In this document: one piece after another, positions 1 through 8,360 of the stretch
How the letters are laid out: every line of letters begins with the position of its first letter
Position numbering within the stretch: position 1 is the first letter of the stretch
IMG/VR virus record: IMGVR_UViG_3300042879_006196
Coordinates: 1 to 64,000 of that record
Strand: one strand, 5' to 3'
DNA: 64,000 bases
Program-made: the position numbers and the translations under genes
Notes under the pieces: generated by a model
Told to the model about the DNA's origin: nothing
Databases searched by the model: none
The model's input: the letters and a program-made list of their open reading frames with translations, nothing else

Positions 1-207
1 ATGGAATACATTGTAAAAGTAACTGGCTTGGCTCAGGTCGAACAGTTTTTAAAAATGGATGCAGAATCCGAAGAAGAAGCAATAATTGAAGTGAATAAGT
101 ATGAACTCTGGAATGATGGTGTTTGGAAATTCGTTCAACTTAACGATATTGATAGTGTTGATTTATTTCAACACCTCAACACTATCAATGGTGTTGAAAT
201 AAAATGA
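1..207 (+). CDS. Hypothetical protein of the local KVRVTG...ELWNDGVW paralogue family
   Basis: ORF similar to 47825..48016, 48013..48184 and 48429..48632. Confidence 0.75.
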   Translation: MEYIVKVTGLAQVEQFLKMDAESEEEAIIEVNKYELWNDGVWKFVQLNDIDSVDLFQHLNTINGVEIK

Positions 208-599
208 AAACTGAAGAGTCACTGGAAAAATCCAGAATAATCGAACAAGTCAAGCAACTTACCTATGAAGAAATCAAAGAACATAGCTGCACAAGTTATG
301 AACAAAAACAGATAAAACTACTCAATCGTATTGCTGATGATGTGGCTTTGAGAATTTCAGAATACATGAATGGAGGAGAGTATGATCCTTCGTATAAAGT
401 TGGTAAATGCCTTGTAAATCCAAAGAAACTTGAAGAACATTTGAACAGTGTATTTAATGTAGAGTTTAGGGTTGAATTTTTTGATGGCAATTATTGTTAT
501 GCCGCTCCCCCTTTGCCTCCAAGATATTATATACGCTTCAAAGCCGATGTTTCGAAACCTAAGTGGTGGAAGGCTTGGTTCCAACGTAAAAATAAATAG
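204..599 (+). CDS. Hypothetical protein
   Basis: 131-aa ORF with ATGA overlap to the upstream gene. Confidence 0.75.
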   Translation: MKTEESLEKSRIIEQVKQLTYEEIKEHSCTSYEQKQIKLLNRIADDVALRISEYMNGGEYDPSYKVGKCLVNPKKLEEHLNSVFNVEFRVEFFDGNYCYAAPPLPPRYYIRFKADVSKPKWWKAWFQRKNK

Positions 600-600
600 A

Positions 601-822
601 CATCAAATACTAATGAGAAAATAATGAAAAGAAGTTTTACAAAAAAACTACTAGATAAAATAGGTATAGTTCTGCTTGGAGCTTTAGTTGCGCCTATTAT
701 TACAGTTTTATCATCAAATACTAATGAGAAAATAATGAAAAGAAGTTTTACAAAAAAACTACTAGATAAAATAGGTATAGTTCTGCTTGGAGCTTTAGTT
801 GCGCCTATTATTACAGTTTTAT
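601..822 (+). repeat. Perfect 111-bp tandem duplication
   Basis: 601-711 is identical to 712-822. Confidence 0.95.
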
Positions 823-926
823 ATTTAGCTCTACTGTTTAATGAAATCAGAACTTATTTTTATTTTAAAAAAGCATTAAAGAAAGCTAAGCAAAAACATC
901 AAAATGGAATATGTGAAAGTGATTAA
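624..926 (+). CDS. Small membrane protein with an internal 37-aa duplication
   Basis: Hydrophobic segment IGIVLLGALVAPIITVL occurs twice. Confidence 0.6.
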   Translation: MKRSFTKKLLDKIGIVLLGALVAPIITVLSSNTNEKIMKRSFTKKLLDKIGIVLLGALVAPIITVLYLALLFNEIRTYFYFKKALKKAKQKHQNGICESD

Positions 927-994
927 AAATATTACAATTTTAAAATAATAAGAAATGAGATTGCAATTCTTACAATTCTTACGTACATATAAAT

Positions 995-1180
995 ATGACA
1001 GTAAAAGAACTAATAGAAAAGCTGCAAGTGATTGAAGACAAAAGCCAAGAATGTATAGTTAATGACGGTGACAACTTCTGGGACATTTGGTCGTTGTGTG
1101 AAGGAGAAGACGATGCTGGTGTTGTGTGGGGATATGAGAAAGAAAGCTATGTTGAAATCAGAATTTTTAGTGACATTTGA
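995..1180 (+). CDS. MTVxELIE-family small protein
   Basis: N-terminus MTVKELIEKLQVIEDKSQEC matches ORFs at 38549, 58159, 58729 and 59712. Confidence 0.75.
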   Translation: MTVKELIEKLQVIEDKSQECIVNDGDNFWDIWSLCEGEDDAGVVWGYEKESYVEIRIFSDI

Positions 1181-1260
1181 ATATTCTTCTAGTATCCCCC
1201 GACATGTGGCTGTCAGATTGTGTTTTTCCAGGTTTAACATTTTTAAAGTATAATAAATGT

Positions 1261-1470
1261 ATGAAAGAAAATGATCGAAAAAATGTAAACTCGTCAATGG
1301 GCTTTTTTGGCTGGTTGACTCTCCTATTCATTGGCTTGAAGCTGACAAACTATATTACCTGGGATTGGGTATGGGTTCTTTCACCTTTGTGGGTTCCATT
1401 TACTCTTATGATTGGCATTTTGATATTGTTGAAAATTCTTGTCAAATCTGATAAAAAGACAAACAAATGA
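1261..1470 (+). CDS. Small phage membrane protein (GFFGWLTLLFIGLKL..I.W.W.WVLSPLW type)
   Basis: ATG follows the repeated promoter; two hydrophobic segments; pattern common in phages. Confidence 0.7.
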   Translation: MKENDRKNVNSSMGFFGWLTLLFIGLKLTNYITWDWVWVLSPLWVPFTLMIGILILLKILVKSDKKTNK

Positions 1471-1688
1471 ACTTCAAACAAAAATCTGTTGCTTTCATAG
1501 AGAGATATCAAAGAGAAATGTCTCCAAGAAAGCCTAAATATTGCATGTGTAAGTATACCCCATCGTGTTCGGAGTATACCAAGCAAGCTATTTCAAAACA
1601 TGGTGCTTTTATTGGCTGGATCATGGGAGCTTGGAGAATACTAAGGTGCAATCCAATGTCTAAAGGAGGCTTTGACCCTGTAAAATGA
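1467..1688 (+). CDS. yidD: Membrane protein insertion efficiency factor YidD-like
   Basis: YQR..SP, CxYTPSCSEY, AI.KHG...G...G..RILRCNP...GGFDPV motifs. Confidence 0.9.
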   Translation: MNFKQKSVAFIERYQREMSPRKPKYCMCKYTPSCSEYTKQAISKHGAFIGWIMGAWRILRCNPMSKGGFDPVK

Positions 1689-2046
1689 TAGATGTTTTTG
1701 TAAATATTTTGAATTTTATTTCACAAGCAATTGCTTGGTTATTTCTAATTTGTTGTGTATCTTATTTCATTTTATTATTTATCTTTGATGAAGAAACTCG
1801 ACTCTATTGCTGTCTTGGTGCATTAGTTGGTTTTCTTTTAAGTGATTTTTCTGATAAAGATTAAGCAAGATTTTTTTAGATATTTTTCGTATAAATAACT
1901 ATGAATATTAATTTGCAAAAAATAGATAGATTGCAAAAAGAATACGAAAGATTAATCTCTTTAGAGAGATATGATGAAGCACAAATGGTAAAATCACAAT
2001 TAGAAACTGAAAAAAATCATTCTTTGAATGAGGATCATGTCGGGCA

Positions 2047-2559
2047 ATGAAAAAAACTTTCATTTTACTTAATGAAAAAGTTCTCAAGTTCAGAGAAGCT
2101 TTGGTTATAGGTAGTGACGGTAAGCCTCTTGGTGTAATAAATACTAGAGAAGCCTTGAATATTGCAAAAAACGAGGGTTTGGATTTATTTGCTGTAAATA
2201 CAAACGTTTCTCCAGTGGTTTGCAAAATCGTTGACTATGGTCGCATGAAATATGAAGAAGATAAAAGAGAGCGAGCCAACCATAAAGCTAAACAAGAAAC
2301 TAAAGAAATAAAAATTTCCCCACGTATTCAGCAAAACGATCTCAATACTTTTACAAAAAGAGCAATTGAATTTTTGGAGCATAATGATAAAGTAAAAATC
2401 ACTTGTGTTTTCAAACATCGTGAATTAGAACACTCTGAGCTTGGATTGAATAAAATCGAGATTATGCTAAAGAATTTGGAAGATTATTGCTCTTATGAGG
2501 GCAAACCTATTCTCAACGGCAAATACATGTCCATAACTGTAAACCCAAAGAAAAAATGA
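2047..2559 (+). CDS. infC: Translation initiation factor IF-3
   Basis: NE..., GLDL..V......VCKIVDYGRMKYE, KEIKISP.I...D, FL...DKVK motifs. Confidence 0.92.
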   Translation: MKKTFILLNEKVLKFREALVIGSDGKPLGVINTREALNIAKNEGLDLFAVNTNVSPVVCKIVDYGRMKYEEDKRERANHKAKQETKEIKISPRIQQNDLNTFTKRAIEFLEHNDKVKITCVFKHRELEHSELGLNKIEIMLKNLEDYCSYEGKPILNGKYMSITVNPKKK

Positions 2560-3458
2560 TCTTAGAAGAATTACATAAATTGGGATATGATAATGTATTT
2601 CAAAAATCTAAGTATACAATGCATGTGCTTGTTAATGACAAAAATCGAGTGAGTGAATTACAAAAAATTGCACACAATCTCAATGGAGTGTATGATTCTA
2701 CACCAACAAGCAGTAGTAGTGTGGGTAAAGTTAAAGTTGATAAGTATACCATTTTTGTCAAACCTATGAATAAACAAGGTGATGATTCTTATGGAAGGCA
2801 AAACGAACAGTTTTTCGTAGAAATGCTTAATAAGTATGCCGATAAAATTGATTTTATTGTATTTAATGCCTTAAACGCAACAAAAACTATTTCTTATACT
2901 AAGCATGAAGATGTCTCGAAAACTAAAACAAAAATACGAAACAAAGCTGATGTTAAAATTATTGGTAAAGTGGATGTAAATTTAATATCCATAAAACAAG
3001 AAAATGCTCAAATTTGGGAATCTGCTGACACCTATGCAAAAACTTTGGTTAAATTGTATGTTCAAAAAATGTTGATGGATAATCTTGTTACTCTTGAATT
3101 TGAAAATGGAGTGTATAAAATTTTTCCTAATATTGCCATAGAGTGTACAGACGATGAAGCAAAAGATGTGGTTTTTGGTGATGATATTTTGAACAATGGT
3201 TTTATATGTATTAAAAATTTCGAAGAGAGTGATTTTGTTTTAGAAAAAAATATATTGTTCATCAGATGTGATCAGATTGTGTTTAATATGAAAGACCTAA
3301 AAGACTATCAAAAACCTTTTTTTTTAATCAGAAATGACAGCACTAGAAACTGTGCATATAAAGGTTTGAGAATTCTTGCATGTTATGCGAGCAGAATTAA
3401 TAAAAACGTGCATACAATTTATATGAAAGACAGAATAGATTTTCCAGGTTTAACATAA
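2556..3458 (+). CDS. Hypothetical protein, possibly a PD-(D/E)XK-type nuclease
   Basis: E...KADV...ISIK arrangement resembles a restriction-endonuclease-like core; weak. Confidence 0.45.
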   Translation: MILEELHKLGYDNVFQKSKYTMHVLVNDKNRVSELQKIAHNLNGVYDSTPTSSSSVGKVKVDKYTIFVKPMNKQGDDSYGRQNEQFFVEMLNKYADKIDFIVFNALNATKTISYTKHEDVSKTKTKIRNKADVKIIGKVDVNLISIKQENAQIWESADTYAKTLVKLYVQKMLMDNLVTLEFENGVYKIFPNIAIECTDDEAKDVVFGDDILNNGFICIKNFEESDFVLEKNILFIRCDQIVFNMKDLKDYQKPFFLIRNDSTRNCAYKGLRILACYASRINKNVHTIYMKDRIDFPGLT

Positions 3459-3474
3459 TCTTGTTATAATTATC

Positions 3475-4080
3475 ATGCAAGTATTTATGCCCTATGCGGA
3501 TTTTGAAAAAAGTGTTCAAGCACTTGATGACTCGCGGCTTAGAAAACAAGCCTTAGAATCAACTCAATTATTAGACATCATGTTCAATATACCAACAAAA
3601 ACAGGAAAACCTCGCAAAGGTTGGATGACACACCCTGCTTTGATAGCTTGGCAAAGCACTCCTGGTGCCTTGATAGAACATTTAATTCACAATGTAATTG
3701 AAATTGAAAAGAGAGGATTCAAAACTGACTACGCAACAGCTAAAATCAAGCAATATGCAACATTCACGACAAGCCTGTTACGCCCAATTTGGCTAGGTGA
3801 CGAAGCAATACACTCTTCACACAGAATCAGATTATTGCAAAAAGGCTTCGAAGAGAAATTCAAAGACAGTAAGAAAGCTGACGAAACAATAAAATGGTAT
3901 TCACAGTTTAGCTGGGATGAAATGAATCATGATGATTTTTTTAATCAAGAATATTTTTGGGCTACAAACATTACTAGCAATTCTTATGATTTGTCTCAAC
4001 GTGTAGAAAAAAATACATTGAAGCTGAAAAAGGACTTAATCGAAAAATTTGGCACAAATCCTTTTGTTTCTAGCGTATAA
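3475..4080 (+). CDS. Pyrimidine-dimer DNA glycosylase-like protein (DenV/MSMEG_6728 type)
   Basis: MQ.FMPY.DF....ALD..RL.KQ..E..Q.L, GW..HPA...W, HSSHR..LL.K. Confidence 0.8.
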   Translation: MQVFMPYADFEKSVQALDDSRLRKQALESTQLLDIMFNIPTKTGKPRKGWMTHPALIAWQSTPGALIEHLIHNVIEIEKRGFKTDYATAKIKQYATFTTSLLRPIWLGDEAIHSSHRIRLLQKGFEEKFKDSKKADETIKWYSQFSWDEMNHDDFFNQEYFWATNITSNSYDLSQRVEKNTLKLKKDLIEKFGTNPFVSSV

Positions 4081-4090
4081 TTATATTGTT

Positions 4091-4384
4091 ATGAATGTAG
4101 AAAAATTTAAAAATCTTGTCTCTTCAGGCGAAAAGTGTGTGGTTAAACTCGGTGCCTCATGGTGTTCTCCATGTAAAGCTCTAGACAAAGAAATTGATCT
4201 TCTTTTATCTGAACATCCAGAAGTGGAAACCAAAATCTTTAAAGTAGATATTGATGATAGCCCTGAGCTTGCTCAAGAACTAAATATTATGTCTGTCCCA
4301 GTTTGTGTTTTTATTGGCGACAACACTTACACAATCAAAAAAGGACTTTTGGCAAGACAGGGAATTTTCGAGTGGATTAAATAA
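4091..4384 (+). CDS. Thioredoxin
   Basis: WCSPCK active site, VDID...ELA....IMSVP. Confidence 0.9.
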   Translation: MNVEKFKNLVSSGEKCVVKLGASWCSPCKALDKEIDLLLSEHPEVETKIFKVDIDDSPELAQELNIMSVPVCVFIGDNTYTIKKGLLARQGIFEWIK

Positions 4385-4442
4385 TTTATTTATTGCCGCT
4401 TACTGAGATTGTGTTTTTAATTTTAAAAAAAGAGAAAAAAAA

Positions 4443-4850
4443 ATGAGTATGGATTTAAATTGTGTATATAAGGAAGTTTTTACGAGTAAGTTTAACAAAG
4501 AATTAACATTTGTAGATGCTTTGCATTTACCCCAACAGCCATCAGGCACTGATGCTTATTTCATTATGTACTGGTCTGATGATTGGAAAGTACAAATACC
4601 AAATAAGACGAATCAACAAATATTTGATTCTTACTGTAAATATATTGTAGAGAAAAATCCTTCTTTATTTGAGATTAGGGCTTTTGCTACAGATTTTAGT
4701 GAATCTGTAAAATTGGCATTAGGTGCATTAGACCCTGAGGATTGCAAAACTGTTTATTATAAAAGCTCTTACGATTTCTTTTTAGAAGAAGCGAATAATT
4801 TTTTTGAGAAATATGGCGGGATAGAGAATGTGGAGTTTTATGTTAATTAA
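4443..4850 (+). CDS. Hypothetical protein
   Basis: 135-aa ORF on the dominant strand. Confidence 0.7.
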   Translation: MSMDLNCVYKEVFTSKFNKELTFVDALHLPQQPSGTDAYFIMYWSDDWKVQIPNKTNQQIFDSYCKYIVEKNPSLFEIRAFATDFSESVKLALGALDPEDCKTVYYKSSYDFFLEEANNFFEKYGGIENVEFYVN

Positions 4851-4896
4851 ACTTTAACACAATCTGATACACAATCTGAAACCTGAAGACACACTA

Positions 4897-4917
4897 TCGC
4901 CTCAATTTCTGAGGCGA
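4897..4917. terminator. Hairpin between convergent transcription units
   Basis: TCGCCTCA-ATTTC-TGAGGCGA. Confidence 0.55.
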
Positions 4918-4968
4918 ATAAATCAACTAATCGCCTCAGAACACACAGCAAACACTCAGATTGTGTGT

Positions 4969-5142
4969 TTATTTTTTAAGCACTAAAAATAATGTGAGCA
5001 GAGAAAGTAAAAGCGAAGCTAAGCCAACAAATGCACCAAAGATTGTGCCGAATGTATTCCAGAAAGCCATTTTTGTAGTCCAGCCTGTGTTTACCACCAC
5101 TTGCTTTGCATTTATCTCAACATCATGTTCTTCGCTTTCCAT
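4969..5142 (-). CDS. 57-aa membrane protein
   Basis: MESEEHDVEI...FGAFVGLASLLLSLLTLFLVLKK; GGAGG Shine-Dalgarno just upstream on the - strand. Confidence 0.65.
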   Translation of the reverse strand: MESEEHDVEINAKQVVVNTGWTTKMAFWNTFGTIFGAFVGLASLLLSLLTLFLVLKK

Positions 5143-5151
5143 TCCTGCCTC

Positions 5152-5397
5152 CTAATCTGTAAACTTTTGTAATTTTTTTGCTGTATTTAATGAAGTATAC
5201 ATTTCTGGGCTCACACCCTCAGGTAAATCACCCAGCAATCCTAATTTAGAAATCAATACTGGTTTATCCTCTGTTAAAACATTGGAAAATTCACTCGGAT
5301 CAAATTCAGATTGTGTTTGTTTTGAAATTAAATCTTGTGCCATTTTCGTAACAAAAGAAATTTCAAACTGTGATTTACCTAAAGGAGTGATTTTCAT
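5152..5397 (-). CDS. Hypothetical protein
   Basis: 81-aa ORF with GAGGA upstream; middle gene of a three-gene - strand unit. Confidence 0.65.
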   Translation of the reverse strand: MKITPLGKSQFEISFVTKMAQDLISKQTQSEFDPSEFSNVLTEDKPVLISKLGLLGDLPEGVSPEMYTSLNTAKKLQKFTD

Positions 5398-5400
5398 AAG

Positions 5401-5484
5401 TTATTCCTCAAATTTTATATGACCGAACAAAGTGTTGAACATTTCAGTGTAAAAATCTATGATCGCTTTTTCAAATTTCTTCAT
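5401..5484 (-). CDS. 27-aa peptide MKKFEKAIIDFYTEMFNTLFGHIKFEE
   Basis: GGAGGT Shine-Dalgarno upstream; CGTATAAT -10-like element on the - strand near 5550. Confidence 0.5.
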   Translation of the reverse strand: MKKFEKAIIDFYTEMFNTLFGHIKFEE

Positions 5485-5625
5485 GTAGTGTATTACCTCC
5501 TATTACACAATCTTTGTGTTTTTTGAAGCACTACTTTGAGCTACATTTAATTATACGGTTTTTTAATTACAAAAACCTGTTGAAAATTATGAAACTATTG
5601 ATTAGTAACTCTCGTATAAATTATT

Positions 5626-6111
5626 ATGGCTATAATATCACTAGCGAAGGCTTTAAAAATAAAAAATCGAATCACAAGTAAAATTACATCTATCAAAAAA
5701 GAAATTTCTGCACATAATGCTTACTTGGTTGACAAAGATATTCCTGTTGATGAAATTAAACTACAAGTTGATGTAAATAATTCAATTAAAGAATTGGAAA
5801 AACTCACAGCATTTCTTGTAAAGGTCAAAGCAGAAATCAATAAAAGTAATTCGGATTCTGCTGATCTAATTTTTGAGCTTTCTGAGACTAAAGGATTGAT
5901 TGCTTTTTACGAAAACTTAGATTGTTCACAAAATTTATCGTCTTATTATAGACCACAATCTAACGATATAAAAAGGGTTCAAATTGATGTAATTCAACAA
6001 AACTTAATTGTAAAAACTTTAATCAAAAAGTCTGAAAAATTACAAGATCAGTTGGATGAATTCAATGCAGTTAAAAAAGTAGTTATTGATGATGAAATTT
6101 TAGAGCTGTAA
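5626..6111 (+). CDS. Coiled-coil protein resembling the DIP1984 family
   Basis: SLAKALK.KNR...I..., K.EIN.SN, C-terminal L...LD.FNA; recognised from memory. Confidence 0.5.
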   Translation: MAIISLAKALKIKNRITSKITSIKKEISAHNAYLVDKDIPVDEIKLQVDVNNSIKELEKLTAFLVKVKAEINKSNSDSADLIFELSETKGLIAFYENLDCSQNLSSYYRPQSNDIKRVQIDVIQQNLIVKTLIKKSEKLQDQLDEFNAVKKVVIDDEILEL

Positions 6112-6432
6112 CATTTTGCTCCTTTGGGGGCAAAGAGGCAATCTGACAGAAATATTTTATTTCTGTGAGCAAAAAAAAACACTGTATGTTGAAAAACAGT
6201 TTATTGAAAAAGAAGAAGATGTGGTCAAAATTCACGAAAAATAACCATTGTCAAAATTCATTGATATAAAACTTAAAATTGACAACTCAAACCTTTTCTG
6301 CTCTTTACAGATTGTCTCATTTTTTTATAACAAAACATCAGCAGAAGCCAAATAAACTTCAGCTAACAAAATCGCCCATCTTTTCGGAGGTGGGTTTTTT
6401 TCCAGATTTAACAATCTGAGAGTATAATTGGC

Positions 6433-7545
6433 ATGACATCATTTGATACACTTTATCACAAAGGCAAAAACGGAGAACTTCGACAATGGCGCACTTGGGC
6501 AGACGGAGATTCTATTTATACTGAGTATGGCTTAGTTAATGGAGCTTTACAAACCTCCAGAAAAACATGCACTCCTAAAAACATTGGAAAGAAAAACTTC
6601 ACCACAGCATCTGAGCAAGCTATTGCTGAGTCCAAATCTCTGCATAAATTCAAAATAGAGAGGAAATACTCAGCCACAAAAGAAGAGGCACAAATGCCTC
6701 TATTGTTACCGATGCTTGCTGGCAAATATGATGCTAAAAAACATAATTCACATTATTTTTGCCAGCCTAAGCTAGATGGTGTACGATGTATTGCCAGATG
6801 GGAAGGAGATTCTGTTGTCTTGTATTCAAGGCAAGGCAAGATTTACGATGTTAAGCACATTTCCGAGCAATTAAAAGATGTACTTGGTAAAGATGATGTC
6901 TTTGATGGTGAAATCTACATTCATGGATTGTCTTTACAATCTTTAATTTCATTGGTTAAAAAACCACAATCTGATTCATTGAAGTTAGAGTATCACATCT
7001 ATGATTATCCTGTTGTTAATGGCAATGAAGACCTCACCACTCAGGAAAGACTAGAATTACTAGCTGATATTAATATTAGTAATAAGCAAAGCTTACAGAT
7101 TGTGTGTGGGTATGATATTGGTTATGACAAAAACGCTATTACAGACTATCAAAGCAAGTTTTTAGCCAATGGCTATGAAGGTCTAATGCTTAGAGAAAAA
7201 GACAGTAAGTATCTTTGGGGTTATCGCTCTAATGATTTGCTCAAAGTAAAAACTTTCCAAGATTCTGAATTTCTTGTGGTAGACATCATTGAAGGAGAAG
7301 GAAAAATGGAAGGACATGCTGTTGTTATCTGCAAGAATGATTTAACAGATGATACTTTCAAAGTAACACCTAAAACCACAATGGAATCAAGAAAAGAAAT
7401 CTATGATAATAAATCAGATTATGTGGGAAGAATGTACACAGTAAAGTATTTCGATAGAACTGATGATTTAATTCCAAGATTTCATGTTGGTATTGCTTTT
7501 CGAGAGGATTTAGATTTTCCAGAAAATTCCACATTGCATAATTAA
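6433..7545 (+). CDS. ATP-dependent DNA ligase
   Basis: PMLA, QPKLDGVRC (motif I), FDGEIY, GYEGLMLR, LLKVK, FDRT...PRF. Confidence 0.95.
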   Translation: MTSFDTLYHKGKNGELRQWRTWADGDSIYTEYGLVNGALQTSRKTCTPKNIGKKNFTTASEQAIAESKSLHKFKIERKYSATKEEAQMPLLLPMLAGKYDAKKHNSHYFCQPKLDGVRCIARWEGDSVVLYSRQGKIYDVKHISEQLKDVLGKDDVFDGEIYIHGLSLQSLISLVKKPQSDSLKLEYHIYDYPVVNGNEDLTTQERLELLADINISNKQSLQIVCGYDIGYDKNAITDYQSKFLANGYEGLMLREKDSKYLWGYRSNDLLKVKTFQDSEFLVVDIIEGEGKMEGHAVVICKNDLTDDTFKVTPKTTMESRKEIYDNKSDYVGRMYTVKYFDRTDDLIPRFHVGIAFREDLDFPENSTLHN

Positions 7546-7617
7546 GTATATTCAGATTGTGTGGAAAAGTTTGATTCACTTTATAAAAAACTTAAATATC
7601 GAGCGTATATATAATTG

Positions 7618-8145
7618 ATGAAGAAATTAACTCAAAAACAATACAACATAGATAGGCAAGTAATTGAAATTGATAATTCCTATGGCGAAGTTTTCTTTCC
7701 AGTAAAATTGAAAGAAGCATATTCTGTTTTTGACAATCATTTAAAAGTAAATTATATTGTCAAACAAATACATTTGAACCCAATTTACAAACATACAATC
7801 AAAGTGAACGATGAAGGTTTGACAGTTTTGGAAATTAAGGGTGCCAAAAGTCCTTTTTTGGTTGAATTCATTTTAGACGTAAGTCTTGAAGAATTCAAAC
7901 GAATTGCACATCTTGCTTTGACAAAATTTGAAGAAAATTTTGAATTTGACCGTAAAAAAGACTATTTTATTTGTAAATTGTATCCTTGTAAATTAAAAGA
8001 TTTTCAGCATCGAAAAGAAATAGAAAAACACTACAAAGGAACACGTTATGACGGTCGTATTTACCAAAGCTTTTGTCAAGATACAAATTCTTTACAAAAA
8101 GAAATAATGCTTTGTGAAAATAATCCTAATCAAGCGTATATATAA
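7618..8145 (+). CDS. Hypothetical protein
   Basis: ORF behind a GCGTATATAT -10-like element. Confidence 0.7.
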   Translation: MKKLTQKQYNIDRQVIEIDNSYGEVFFPVKLKEAYSVFDNHLKVNYIVKQIHLNPIYKHTIKVNDEGLTVLEIKGAKSPFLVEFILDVSLEEFKRIAHLALTKFEENFEFDRKKDYFICKLYPCKLKDFQHRKEIEKHYKGTRYDGRIYQSFCQDTNSLQKEIMLCENNPNQAYI

Positions 8146-8148
8146 TTG

Positions 8149-8283
8149 ATGAAGAAATTAATCTCTCTCGCACTCGTCGTTATGGCACTTTCGATGGTAG
8201 CATGCAATTCTACCACCACTGCCACCGAAACCAATGCCCCAGCACCTGTTGCCGAAGGCAATGCACCAGCAAAAGCTAAGTAA
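8149..8283 (+). CDS. 44-aa putative lipoprotein
   Basis: MKKLISLALVVMALSMVAC: basic N-terminus, hydrophobic core, lipobox Cys, then an Ala/Pro/Thr-rich tail. Confidence 0.7.
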   Translation: MKKLISLALVVMALSMVACNSTTTATETNAPAPVAEGNAPAKAK

Positions 8284-8360
8284 GCTTCAGCTAACGAAAT
8301 CGCCCATCTTTTCGAAGGTGGGTTTTTTTCCAGATTTAACATTAACGAAGTATATTAGAT

